Origin: Girardia tigrina
Lineage: Eukaryota
Length of the DNA: 60,041 bases
Assembly (NCBI GenBank): GCA_001938485.1
Contig: MQRK01236221.1
Coordinates: 1-60,041 of the forward strand
Reading direction: 5' to 3'
Shown here: positions 23,011 to 36,333 of the stretch, one piece after another
Layout of the letters: the number at the start of each line of letters is the position of its first letter
Position numbering within the stretch: position 1 is the first letter of the stretch
Notes under the pieces: model-generated
The model's input: the letters and a program-made list of their open reading frames with translations, nothing else
Told to the model about the DNA's origin: nothing
Database searches by the model: none
Made by a program: the position numbers and the translations under genes

Positions 23011-25787
23011 TATATACTTTATTTTTTTGAAACATAACAACAGTAATAATTTTAATAATAACATATTGAAAAGATAACTGACTGAAGGGAAAATGATACG
23101 GTAAAAATTATAAATCAAATTAAATCAAAAGTAAAATTTATAAAAAATACATCAGAAATAAATATTAATAAATACTTTTAATTCATACATTAAGCGTTAC
23201 ATTTAATACAATTTATTATTAAATATTTATAATTTAAACAAAAATCATTCATTATCTTTTATAATTGTTACACTCATGAAATTATTATTCTTTACATAAT
23301 ACAAGTTGTTTCTTTTATTACTTATTATCAAGAAAATGTTTTCCTTATCTTAAAATGTTCGTTAAAACGTTGGTGAAAGTCTCTTGAAATGTGAGACTTT
23401 TCCGTTGGGATTCTTATAAACTGAACCAGCTGTAATCAGTCATCTCAAAATTTCTATCTTAATAATAATTCTTTTGAGAAATTATAAGATCAAATTATTC
23501 CCTCGAATGATATTAAAGTTTGTTAGTAAAAATTTATTACATTTTTTTATAGTTGATACATAAAATAAATATTTATTTCAAGAAATAAATATATCAAATA
23601 ATTTAAAAATTTGATTTAATGAAGTTTTTTGTTTTTTTGTTACATGAGAAATCTAAATTAAACAAAAAAATACATTTTTTGGGGAATTATCTCTAAATTA
23701 AGCTTTTTTAGAAGCTAAGATTCTCATATGGACATTTAAGACGCTATTGTGTTCAATAAATTGCATATGGAATGTTTGAGGAACATATTCAAGAACTTGT
23801 TGTAAGGTATATATGAAATTATAAATGTTTGTATAATGTTTGTTTAATGTAAATTTATTCTTGAAGGATGTGAATTTATGTGCGAACTCTCGGAAACAAT
23901 TATTAATTTTGGAAAATGTCTTCAAATTAAATTAATTAATTTAATGTTTGTGAATTTGATAAAAGATAACGGATAGCAAATTCAAACTATGAATATATAT
24001 ATATATATATANNNNNNNNNNNNNNNNNNNNNNNNNNNNNNNNNNNNNNNNNNNNNNNNNNATATATATATATATATATAAGTAATATAAAATTTATTGA
24101 TATTTATAAAAATTTATATTGGCCTATGCATGTGTTTAAATGTGGTAAATGAAAATTAGAAATTGTAAATTTTTTTTTGAAAAATAAAGAAATTTCGACT
24201 GAAATTGTTTTGGTTTAAAATAAGATATTTTTCAATTCTAATTCGCCATTTGTTGTGAAGAAATTATTTCCCTCATTTTTAATATTATTATTCAAATCAA
24301 AACTATGATTAATCAAACCGAGAACGGAACTCGGACTCACGTTGACAATCAGCGATAAATTCAACAAATTACTCATGGAACATTAATCGTCGGTGTATTA
24401 TCAACTAAAAAGATGATTCAAGTTTCCAGATTGTGTAAATATTAGTTGTTTTTAGTAGAATTTTGAAATGTACAACCAAAGACTGATAACTAATTTTTTT
24501 CATAAAAATAAATCTTATGAAAATCATTCTTGTTTCCTTAATACTCGTAAAACAATAAACCAAAGCATCTATGGAATGAACTTAGAATATCAGTCTGTAA
24601 TATATATATATATATATATATTTTAATGATGATGTCTAATTTGGTAAATAATTTTTTATTTAATTTTTATTTTGTCCAGAACAAATTCGCTAAAATATTC
24701 TGATCAACAACTATAATTCAATTAAAATTTATATCGATTTTTATCTAATGCGCTCGACTCTACTTGCATAATAGCCTTCTTGTTTAATACTTTCATAACG
24801 GGTGTAAAACCCGACATACAGTTATAGTGCTGAAGCTTTAAACATAATTTAATTTCAATGACCGACGCTAACGATGAACGATTTACAACAGTATGAAAAT
24901 CCTAAACGTTTTAAGTCTGAAGTGAGTTTCTTACATCTTTTATAAAATTGAATAAGCTTATTTATAATATAAATAATTTAAATTTTATTTTATTTATTTC
25001 CAAAATATAATTTGAATGTATTTTTTACAAAAGGTAACATTAATGTTTTAAAATTAGCTAATCAATTATTAAGGTATAATGATTTGTTGTATTTTTATGT
25101 CGTTATTTTAATTAAATAATTTTGTAAAACTCATTAAAATGTACAAATCTTTTTTTATTATAATGTTTTCTGAAAATAGTGTTATAATATTTCATATAAT
25201 CCTCAATAGGTTTCTTTGTCAAGAAATCACACCTTGTACTAAACGTATATATTTTAATGTTATAGGAACATTATCAGAATTATTTTTGAAACAAAAAAAA
25301 ACATTTCACTCGACCACTTGACTTATTTATTGCTGAATTAATGATTCCGGAACTAAAGTCATCTGAATTATTGATGATAACCAAAGCTTGCTGGTTAATT
25401 AAACAATTGGCTGTCATACATTTACAAGACAAAAGTCTGGTAGAATGATTTGTTTCTGAATTAATGTTTTATTTGAACATGACCAATATCTGACGGTCAT
25501 GGTTATTGCGAGCGATGTTCTTGTGAAATTATTATATATAAGTAAGGAATACCTCGAATTCGGGACGTATATACGTCCTTGTTGTCTTTCAACTTTTAGA
25601 ATTAATGAAAATAATTTGAAAGAATAAATCAATAATTGAATTGACAAGCAAATAATTATTTACCGTGTGAATGGTCTGTTTATGAAGTATGCAAATGTCT
25701 TGTTTTTCTATTAAAGTTTGTCACTTAACTGAGTTTTATTTTTTCTTATTTTTGATTGTTGTTTTTTTTAATAACGATTAGTTTACG

Positions 25788-25831
25788 ATTAGGTTAATCC
25801 AATATCGTTCAATCTTTTGGATTAACCTAAT
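25788..25831 (-). other. 14-bp stem / 16-nt loop inverted repeat, conserved with 57651-57694
   Basis: ATTAGGTTAATCCA-16nt-TGGATTAACCTAAT. Flanks 25770-25905 align with the reverse complement of 57575-57720. Confidence 0.7.
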
Positions 25832-26850
25832 TTATAAACTGTTTACCTATTATTTTTTTTAATGAAAGAATAGTGGGTTTGATAAACCTGCAAATCCATT
25901 ATTTTTTCAACAATGTTTTCTGAAAATAGTGTTATAATAACACCATAACGCTTTTTACCTAAACTTTAAAGCCATGTAACGACACTTCTTACACATATAT
26001 AAAAATGTATCAAATAAGATTTTTTAAAATGTAAATATTGAAGCACAAAATATAAATACGAAAGCCAAAAGATACTATACAAAAACTAAAGCGCAGAATA
26101 AAAAATAATATCTTTCTTATAGAAATTTTAAATTTAAAACGATAAAAATATAAATATTAAAATAAAAAAAATGTCAAACATGAATATTGAATTTTGAAAT
26201 ATAATGACAAAAACTTACAAAAGTAAATTTATAGTCTTAATTCAAAACTTATTTTAATTTTTGTCAAAAACTATTTATAAATTTTAATATTTTATTTAAT
26301 TATTTAAATTAAAAATAATTTTAATTTTAAAAGTAACTTTGTTAGGAAAAAAGTTTCAAATCATTTGACCAAATCAAACAAAAAAGCTTTTGTAAATATA
26401 TTTATTTAGAATTTCAGTTAAAATAATGTAATAAAATGAATCGAATTTGATTTCATTAGTTTAATTATTAATTTTTATTTTTAAATAATATTTTGTTTTG
26501 TATAATATAAAATAGTTTTTTTCTTTACAATAATTTGGTTTTCCTCTCATTTGAAAATATATTTGATACATTGTATCAAAAATTATTACAAATTCTCTTA
26601 ATATTCTTCAGTTAAATATAAAATTAATTAATTAAATAATCACACAAATTAAATTGTTATTAATATAAAACCCAATACTTTTAACCAGACAATTAAATTA
26701 AATATTCTCCCAACCTACAATGTTCTCAAACAAAATGAATTTCAACCGCTCTTTTTGATGAAGAATATTAATATTAATATATTTATATATGAGAAATATA
26801 TCAAATATTTATTTCTTGGTCAAAAAGATTAATTAAATTGATATTTATGT

Positions 26851-27086
26851 TTGGATTTCATTCGGAGGATGTTTATGATGTGATTGATCATATTTTTAAG
26901 ACAGAGGCCTTAGTGAAGTTTTATTATATGTTTAATAAGTCGATAATTAAAAACATTCTTTTTAATTTAAATTAAAAAGAATGTTTTTAATTATCGACTT
27001 ATTAAACATATAATAAAACTTCACTAAGGCCTCTGTCTAAAAAATATGATCAATCACATCATAAACATCCTCCGAATGAAATCCAA
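26851..27086. repeat. 236-bp spacerless near-perfect palindrome
   Basis: 118-bp arms centred at 26968/26969; one mismatch seen. Confidence 0.95.
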
Positions 27087-27783
27087 CGAAAAGGTGACGA
27101 TTTCTTATGTAAAATAAAAGTATACTTCAATATCAATTATGTAAAGAAAGTCATCAAAATGATTCATTCACAAATTTTTATTTTAAATAACATTTAACAA
27201 CTCTTAAAGATTCTCTTCCTTTTGCCGTATCAAAATGATAACAAATGTTCAAAAAACCTTTTGGCTTTTAAAATCCTTAAGTAACTGTGGGTATAACATT
27301 TTTGAACAATACGCAATGTGTAAAGAAACTAGGACCATAAGATTTTCTTTCCATTTGAATTTAAATATTAAAAGAACAACTTTGAAGTTTTTTTGTCTAA
27401 TTTATGACATTTTCATTATTTCAATATATAAAAGTAAATTCTTTTAAGTTAAAAGTATGGAAAAATAGTTTAAATACAAAATAAACCATGATTTAACCCA
27501 ATAGGGATTATAGAAAAAGGTAAAACACTCAGTACATGTGTACCATAACCTTTGAAGGGTGACTTAAATGAGAATGACATTTCAACCTTCAAAATCATTC
27601 AGGTTGTACCGTTTTGGAAAGTATTGTAGAACTAAACTAATAGGCAAAATTAACTTTTCAATGAATTTAATTCTACGGGTTTTAAACGAATAATGAATTC
27701 TAAGAGAAATGTAATCAACTACCAATTAACTACAACAGAAAGGTAAAATAAGTGAAATGATTCTAGAGAATTTAATAAGACTG

Positions 27784-28212
27784 CAGCGTCGCTGGGGGGT
27801 TGCCGGGGCTGCGGACCGCACCGGGTGACGCAATCACAGAGGGTGTCACCAAATGAAAAATACATCGAGGAAATATCCCTGTATAAATAATCCGACGTTA
27901 AGTTAAGGTTAACTAAAACATACAGGTTATTCGGAGTCCATGACGTCAGCTTCCAGTTTAGAATATTATTACGTCATTTCATGTTTATTTCCCTTTACCA
28001 GTAATTTTATGCTATGATAAAGTAACGCACACGTTCGTTGACTTGTTGTGAAATCATTCAAAAATGCCGATACATAGCTGCTGTAGATACCCTACAAAAA
28101 TGAATTTACAATGCATAACGGGCAGATTGGGCCCCACTGCCTCTACACTCAGAAAAATTCTGGAGGAGTGACACCATGACTTTACCGCATTAGGTGACAC
28201 CAACTCTAGCGA
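27784..28212. mobile_element. hAT-type MITE remnant
   Basis: GC-rich ends CAGCGTCGCTGGGGGG...CCGCACCGGGTGAC and GGTGACACCAACTCTAG with GTGACAC subterminal repeats. Right end is truncated. Confidence 0.55.
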
Positions 28213-29031
28213 ATAAGAATTTCGGATAGTTGACTTTGACTTAATGTTTTCTTAAAAAAGATTTCTGCGAATATGGTTCGAATGATTATGTTGGAAAGTT
28301 GAAAATGGATTTGTTATAACTGTATTCTTACTGCTTGATAATGAATGCCTCAAACAGTAAATAAGAGATTTGGGAGTTTAAATTTTCAGTTTCTTTTCGT
28401 CTAATTCAGTCTGATCAGTTTCTTAAATTTTACTCTTTATATTCTGTTTCTTAGATTCTATTCTTTCTGATCTATTTCTTAAATTCTTCTATTTTATCAC
28501 TTAGCGATTTAAATTTCTATTGATTTTTTTGTTTCTTTTGTTGCACATCATAGAAAAATAAAGAACGACAGATGGGATAAAGCGAAAAACACAATAACAT
28601 AAAATAGTAATACATATTGTGCGTAAGTTACAACAGCATAAAAACAATCACATGGCACATAAAGAACACTCAGTTAAAGAACGTTACCTTGAGCAGTATT
28701 ACACGGTTATTAAAATTATTGAGAGTGAAAGGTTCTACAGTCAGAATAGCATATTTAGCGCTCTAAGCGCAGGCAAGAAGTAATTAATGTTTGCAAATAT
28801 AATTTTTTTGAATTTTATTTATCTACTGGTTTCATTCATTTATCTGCTAATTTTAGTAACATTAAGACGTAGTTTTGTTCATAAAAATTATCCCCTAGTT
28901 TAAATCATTTATATTCTAGAATAATACATTCATATACAATATTTTTAATATAAAATATTTGAAATAAGGTTTGAGTGATTTAACAAAATATTATTTTATA
29001 TTTGACTTTTACATTTAAATAGTTATATTTA

Positions 29032-30310
29032 TTAGGTGTATAACTTAGTTTTTTGGATTTTCTAAGAGATGGTGTAACCTTTGTAATAAGCATTATTTTA
29101 CAGTCGTACGTACAGATTTTTAAAGTGCTGAAATCGGGGCATTAAAATTAAGTAGGTCATTGACCTTAAATGCGTCATAAACATATTTTTAATCACGTTT
29201 TAGCATGACAACTTTCGTACCAACAAAACAGCATTTGCGGGAAGCACTACTGTTTTTCTTTAATCAAAAGAAAAAAGCTGCAGACAGTTTTCAGCTTCTT
29301 GAAGAAACTTATGGTCAACATGCACCAACTCAACAGACTTGCGAGAACTGGTATAAACGTTTCAAAAGTGGAGATTTCGACGTAAGTGACAAAGAGCGTT
29401 CCGGTCAACCAAAAAGATATGAAGATTTGGAATTACTACTGAAGGAAGATTCTACTCAAACAGAGATAGAGCTTGCAAACAGTTAAATGTTACTCAAGCA
29501 GCCATAAGTAAACGTCTACATGCTATGAAAATGATTCAAAATGAAGGAAAATGGATACCCCATGAATTGAATCAAGCCAACATTGAAAGTCGATTACTGA
29601 TATTCAATTCATTGCTTACAAGACAACGAAGATGGTCGTTTTTGCATAATATTGTGACTGAAGATGAAAAATAGATTTATTATGTTAACTCTAAACGCAA
29701 GAAATCGTGGGTTCATCCCGGCAAACCGTCCACGTTAACAGCAAAAAGAAACATTCATGGAAGCAAGGTTATGTTGTGCATTTGGTGGGATCAGAAAGGT
29801 GTACTGTTCTATGAGCTGCTGAATTCGAATGAAATTGTTAATGCAGAATGTTACCTACAACAGTTAATGAAATTGAACGATGCATTGAAGGAAAAACGTC
29901 CTATTCCAGCCAACAAACAGCAAATAGTGATTTTGCTCCATGACAATGCTCGGCCACATGTCGCAAAACAAGTAAAAAACACGTTGGAAGCACTTAAATG
30001 GGAAATTCTACCGCATGCTGCCTATTCACAAGATTGTGCTCCATCAGATTATCATCTGTTCTGATCAATGCAAAGCGCTCGTCGGGACCAGCACTTCAGA
30101 AACCAGGAACATTTAAAAAATGGCTAGAACAATGGATCGCATCAAAAGACCAAAACTTTTTTTTCGATGGAATTCATAATTTGCCTGAAAGATGGTCGAA
30201 AGTCATAATTAACGATGGAAAATATTTTGATTAGAATAAAACTTATTATGTCATATAAATAAACTTGTCTGTTCTGCAAAAAAATCCAAAAAACTAAGTT
30301 ATACACCTAA
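29032..30310 (+). mobile_element. Full-length Mos1-like (mauritiana subfamily) mariner with a disrupted transposase
   Basis: Perfect 30-bp TIRs with TA TSD. MTTFVPTKQHLRE..., HDNARPH, YSQDCAPSDYHLF. Frameshifts and stops. Confidence 0.95.
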
Positions 30311-30369
30311 TATATTTAAAAAAAAACAAGTCTTGTGAAAACGAGTCTTGTGAACGCAAGTTTAATATT

Positions 30370-30810
30370 TCGAAAATATAATTTGATTAAAGCTTTTTTT
30401 ATATAATTATTGGACATGTTTCGATGTTTACATACATCATCATCAGCAATTTGAAAACAATNNNNNNNNNNNNNNNNNNNNNNNNNNNNNNNNNNNNNNN
30501 NNNNNNNNNNNTGGACATGTTTCGATGTTTACATACATCATCATCAGCAATTTGAAAACAATTTTAATAGATACATTAACTTTAAAAGGTATATTAGGGA
30601 TTGAATATTATTATTTATTAAAGTATTATTATTATTATTATTATTTATTACCCAATAATACTTTAATAAATAATAATATTCAATCCCTAATATACCTTTT
30701 AAAGTTAATGTATCTATTAAAATTGTTTTCAAATTGCTGATGATGAGTATGTAAACATCTAAACATCTCCGAAATTGTATAAAAAAGCTTTAATCAAATT
30801 ATAATTTCGA
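30370..30810. repeat. Inverted repeat with an HHR in each arm, centred on a (TTA)n tract
   Basis: 30654-30810 is the reverse complement of 30370-30640, allowing for the N gap. Confidence 0.85.
30409..30450 (-). ncRNA. Minimal type I hammerhead ribozyme (repeated at 30512-30551; degenerate inverted copy at 30733-30772)
   Basis: Minus strand ATTG-CTGATGA-T-GATGT-atgtaa-ACATC-GAAA-CATG-TC^CAAT: intact core, GUC cleavage triplet, palindromic CATG loop. Confidence 0.88.
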
Positions 30811-31614
30811 TATAATATATATGTATATATGTATATCGATTTTGAATACAGAAGATCAATAAAATTTATAAATAATATATTTAAACACTTAAGAGGATAA
30901 AAAATGCATATATTATATAAATGAAAAAAAGAGAAATAAAATTATCTACTTCACATGCTTTAGACAACTTGAAAATAAAGAAATATTGAAAAAGAAATCG
31001 AGCATAATATAAAGCTGATGATGTTTCCATTGCAAATAATTTAATAGAGTTTTGTTAAGAAAAATTGATGTAAAATGATAATTAATTTGATTCATTAAAA
31101 CCAGCTTTTACATCTTTCAAATATTTTTAATTGAAAAAATATTTAATTTTAACATATTTTGGCAATTTGTCTTTCTAATTTTTTTTTTAAAATTTTTTTA
31201 TTAGTTTTTTTATTAAAAATAAATTTTTGTGCAATTTGAAACTTTTTATTATTGACGAAATGAAAATATAATTAAATTACCACTAATTAAAATTTGATAT
31301 TTCAATTTTTCTTTCAATTTATTAATTAATTTAAAAAATTATTACGACCAATGTTACAAATAAAATTAAATCAATTTTATTCTAACAAATCAATCATAAT
31401 ATTTAGGAAATAAAGAAAAATAAATTGGAAAATATTCACAGGAAATAAAAGAAAAACAAAAAAAATAATTAATTTCTAATAATTATTAAAATTTAAAAAA
31501 ATAATATTGCAATTTTATGAATTGATTTAAAATTCATTTGCTTGTCTTAAATAAATACATGAAAACTTTGAAACAAAAGTAATCAATAATAAATACTTTA
31601 AATTAGTTTTTTTA

Positions 31615-31895
31615 CCTAATAATGAAAGGGACTTTCACCATCTTTGTATGAGAATCCAGGGAACCCGGCTGTGAATAAGCAAATGAGAAAAAAAATGCTG
31701 AAAGATTTATTACAAAAATAATAATTATTATAATATTTAATGTTTAAGTATACTTTGGAACCTCTAAAATGCGCAGAACTTCGGGGTTGATAATTGATGC
31801 ACGGTTTATAAAATGGTTCGGGTTTGGAATTTCCTGTCTGATTTTCACAAAAGTGTATTTGCATATTGTAACTTTATTGTTTTCTTTCTGACTAC
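31615..31895 (-). other. Possible spliced host-gene or pseudogene exons, product unknown
   Basis: Two GC-richer blocks separated by a gtatac...ttcacag intron-like spacer and followed by a gtaaaa donor. No family recognised. Confidence 0.3.
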
Positions 31896-33369
31896 CTACA
31901 TAATATACGTATGATATGTATATTTATCTAATTGTATGAATCTAATAAAATCTTATTATTTACTACTTGCAATTATTTCCTTATGTATATGTGACATATA
32001 TTTATATATTTACATTATTATAAATTATTATTATCATTACATTTCCCTTAGTTATATATTTATATTTTTATATTTAAATTATTATGGCTGTGAGGAATAT
32101 TTTAAATTTGGTATGTTAAATTTTGCATGTTGAGTTTAGTATTTGGAAATGTGTTTCTCCCACCCAGATGGAAAATTGATATTTTAGATGTTCACGATGA
32201 ATAGTTATTAATTAATTAATAACTTAATTAATAATTAGAGGATAATTTTTAATTATTAATTAATTATTAATTAATAACATAACTGCGCCACAGTCAAACA
32301 AATCACCACTAAAGCATACCTACTTTTTCTCACCATTTTTGTGATTCAGATGAAATAATTGTTATTAATCAATTCGTTAAATATTATTTTAGCTTTGATA
32401 CATTATTATGTCGGTTACTTATATTTCTATTTATTCTTACTTATTAAGTAAAGTTAATTAAGCTTATATGTTGTGTATAGGAACTCGTCAACTTATTACA
32501 TTTTACACATATATAAGAAAAAATAAAATTACTCATTATTAATATAGTGAGACTTCTGCTTTTTATACTTAATAAGATTTTTATGCCTTTAATTACATAC
32601 CTAATTGGTTTGGCCTTCCTCATATGCGGCTGAAAATTCAGCTTTCTGCTTTAACTTACATTTTCCGTTAATAAATTCTTTAACCACTTCTCGACATCTT
32701 GTCCCAACTGTTGAATAACATTTTATATAACATGTTTTCAGCAAACGTAAATTCTCATATTTCATTTTGATATTTCACATATTCTAGTTACAAGAATGTC
32801 AAGAAAATAAAGTTTGTTATTAACACACAACTCTATATTAAATTATGCATAAAAACAACCAATACAGGTCTCTACATAACACAACTGAGCTTTTATGAGG
32901 AAAAAAAGAGATGGTATGAAAAAGGCCCTAGTTCATAGAGTTTGGGTTTTGTCTTCTAATTTTGAAACCAAAAATCATGATTTAAATATTTCTTAGAGGA
33001 CACTTGAGGAATAAGATGCACACAAAGAAACAGATATATTACAACATTAAGGTTACATAGGACTAATTATATACACAAACACGGGTTAAGAAAAGAATAA
33101 ATGAAGATAACATTGAAGTGTACAAACAAATAATCAAGATACCATATTTTAAAGGATTTAAATCATTAATGAAGAGATTTTGCAAGAAAATAAGAAGCAT
33201 CAAAATAAATCGAAAACAATTTGTGGATCTGGTAGTTATAACTGCCAGAGTCCGAGAAGAAGGAAATTAGATCGAAGAGGCTAAGAAACGACAGAAACAT
33301 GCGCAAACACAAAATGACAGATCGAGAAGCAATCATGAAGAAAAAAAGAAACGATAATTGAAACATTTC

Positions 33370-36060
33370 CACATGTTTAATTTTCAGGTACCGATCAGTC
33401 TACCAATCAAACGATCTGCAATGTGGTCCGATGAGCAAGCACAAGATCAAAGCGAACTCCCCCGAATCGAAAGTGGCTACATGGTCACCTAGAGGAGTTA
33501 AAGATACTAATTGGAGAAAAATTGGCGAGACGCACTGAGTTTGTGAGGAATAAAAACAATGACACTTTTTCCAGGTAAAAATCCAGCAGAATACTTCTCC
33601 AGGAGAATATCAGAAGATGGAAACGTGAAAGAGTCGAGGCTCTAGGCGAACAAATCGAGAAGATACTTAACAATGACGGAGAAGGAAAACTGAAAGAGCT
33701 CACTACGGAACTACGTATATTCTTTAAATCACAATCGAAGGAGAACACTCTCTGTACTCCCTCGAACTCTATTTGGAACAAGGAGCTGATCAACCACTTC
33801 AGTAATCTTTTTAAGGCCCCCCTCTAGAGCAGAAGAAACTGACTGATATCGCTGCAGAAACTCTAAATCTCGATGATTCGGATTCTACCGCGACGAGAGA
33901 AGAAATAGCAGAGGCAGTGAAGCAGTTGAAGAGTGGGACAGTCGCGGGGTCTGATGGATTGATCCCTGAAATCTATAAATTGGGGGTGGGAAAATACTAA
34001 CCCGACTAAAGGAATGATTTAAGAAGATATGGAACAGATTAGAGGCCTTCTCACCTCTTTGGAGAGAGATCAAAGTGGTGGTTCTTTTCAAAGAAAAAGG
34101 CACTCGAAAAGATTCAAATAATTTCCTTTTTTTGTTTTAGATGTAGGAGGAAAGATTCTAGCCAGAATCACCGCGAACCGAATCACTCGGATCACCAAAG
34201 CGATACTGGACGAGTGGCAGTATGGATTTCGCCCGGGAAGAGGAATTCAATTGGCTATAAGTATCTTGAGGAAATTGCAGGAAAAAGCGCGATACAAGGA
34301 CATTAATATGTATGTCATCTTTATCGACTTGGAGAAAGCATTCGACAATGTCCCACGGGAGTTTCTCTGGAGCTGTTTAAAGAGACTAAGGATAAGAGGG
34401 AGAATGTTAGAGATCATCAAAGCTTTCCATGAGGGATTCAAAGGTTCTACGGGTGATGAAAACCTCAACATGGATAAAAGAGTGCGTCAAGATTGTGTTT
34501 TAGGGCTGCTCCTGTTCAATATTGTATTCGACATGGTTGTGAAAAGAGCAATATTGAACTGTCTCTCTAAAGGAGTGATGAGGAAACATGAAAATGGAAG
34601 CTTCCTTGAGATTAACAGATTAGCCTATGCTGATGACATCTGCCTCATCGATACGGACTGGAACAACCAGATAAATAATTTAAACATTTTAAATGCATTC
34701 TTCTTAGATTTAGGTCTCAAAATTAACATCGGTAAAACCAAAGTTTTCAACCTAAACGGAGTTACTTGGATCCTTACTGCTGGGTACCAGCTTGAGGACG
34801 GTATTAAGTGGGTCTCTAGCTTTTGTTATCTACGATCCACGATCTCTTCAGCAGGAAATTTGGATGCGGAAGTAAAAGAAAGAATTAAGAAAGAAATCTA
34901 GAAGATCCGGGACTTGAGACAAGTGCTAAAGAGCTCCAAACTGAGTATGAGGAACGAGAAGAAAGTATTCAACGCATGCATATGCTCCGTAGTCTACTAC
35001 GGCTGTGAAAGTTGGAGAACTACGGAAAAGAACATTATGAAATTACATGCCCTTCATAATTTATGCACGCGCATGGTTAGGAAGAAATACCAGTAAATTG
35101 TACTCCCACATTCCATGGGTATTATCGCAAGTAAAAGGCTTACTTTCCACAGTAAGACGGAAACTTCAAAGGAGTATGAGACAATCAAACGAATCTGTAA
35201 GGGAGAAATACAAATGGGGAAAAAGATCAGTGGGAGAAAGAAGCAATCAATTTCGGAATACCTTCGAGTGGACATACAGTGGCTATTTGGGGATGATGTG
35301 AGGTATGGAGATTTTATTAACCGCATCATTCACAGAAATCCTTCTGTATCGAGGGAAACTTACATAAACTCCTTAATTCAATCAGAAAGACTCAATAGGA
35401 CAAGAACAATTGTACCTAAGCTGATCAACAAGAGAGACAAACGTCCCCAATGTCCAATAGAAATATGCTACAAGGAGTTTGCAGAAAAGAAGGAGCTGAA
35501 GAGACACATGAAAAATGACCACACGGGGTCGCTTCCGCTAATCCTGATCATCTGAACGAGACACAACAACATATTCACTATGTAAAATGTCGTCCAAAAC
35601 GAAGGGGTGGTTGACAAGGCACTTCTACCGGGATCATAAATTGGATGAGACAGAAGAATTGGAGAACCGACAATGACACCAACGCAAACCAGTACAACAA
35701 ATACTACAGAAGAAAGAGTTGTAGAAAACCTCAATTTTCCAGGCAACCAGATTCAATCCGTGACGGACTCCCGACTATCTCGATGGCGGTGGAAGAAGCA
35801 ATATGTACTGAAGAAACACATCTAACTTTTTGGATTGCAGATCTAACTGCAAGGGGGAGTTCAGATGTTCTTTTCGCGGCTGTACGAAGTCCAAGAATGC
35901 AGACAAAGGTATGCAGAACCTTGGATATACAACCCATGGGTAGTCGTTTCTCACAGGGGAGCCGAAAAGATCTCGGAGACCGAAACTAACCGACCCTATA
36001 GGAGGCCTATTGGGGGGCTGCTACTGATTCTTTAGTTTGAGTTGATCCTCTAAAGAGCCT
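33370..36060 (+). mobile_element. RTE-like LINE ORF2 remnant (RT plus two C-terminal C2H2 fingers)
   Basis: QYGFRPGR, FIDLEKAFDNVPR, RQDCVLG.LLFN, LAYADD, GLKINIGKTK, YYGCESW; fingers CPIEICYKEF...RHMKNDH and CKMSSKTKGWLTRHFYRDH. Confidence 0.9.
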
Positions 36061-36097
36061 AGAGGCTCAATATCATTCGAAAGAGATGGGAGGCCTA

Positions 36098-36333
36098 CGT
36101 TTACATTGGAAAGACAAATCGTCATCTCAAAATCTGGATGAATGAGCAATTTTAATCAAGTCGATCAAGTAAGGTTCTTGATTATTGGTTGCATTGTAAA
36201 AATTGAATCTCTTCTGTTTCAAAGGATAGAGGTTTCTATTTTACAGAAGGGCTTTCATTTACACTATGCGCGGCAGATTTTTGAATCATTATTAATAAGA
36301 CACTACAACTCTTTAATAAACATACAAAACTAA
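36098..36333 (+). mobile_element. PLE GIY-YIG fragment
   Basis: YIGKTNRHLK and RQIFESLLIRHYNSLINIQ. Confidence 0.65.

Noticed and set aside
30411-30561. Apparent tandem duplication of the hammerhead on either side of the gap
   Set aside because: Identical 50-bp sequence flanking an N gap is typical of an unmerged contig overlap, so it is not counted as an independent copy.
31015-31045. CTGATGA hammerhead-like core
   Set aside because: No stem II or GAAA follows.
32600-33150. Possible additional PLE RT remnant (NNKLYFLDILVTR on the minus strand)
   Set aside because: Only one motif is convincing; too decayed to delimit.
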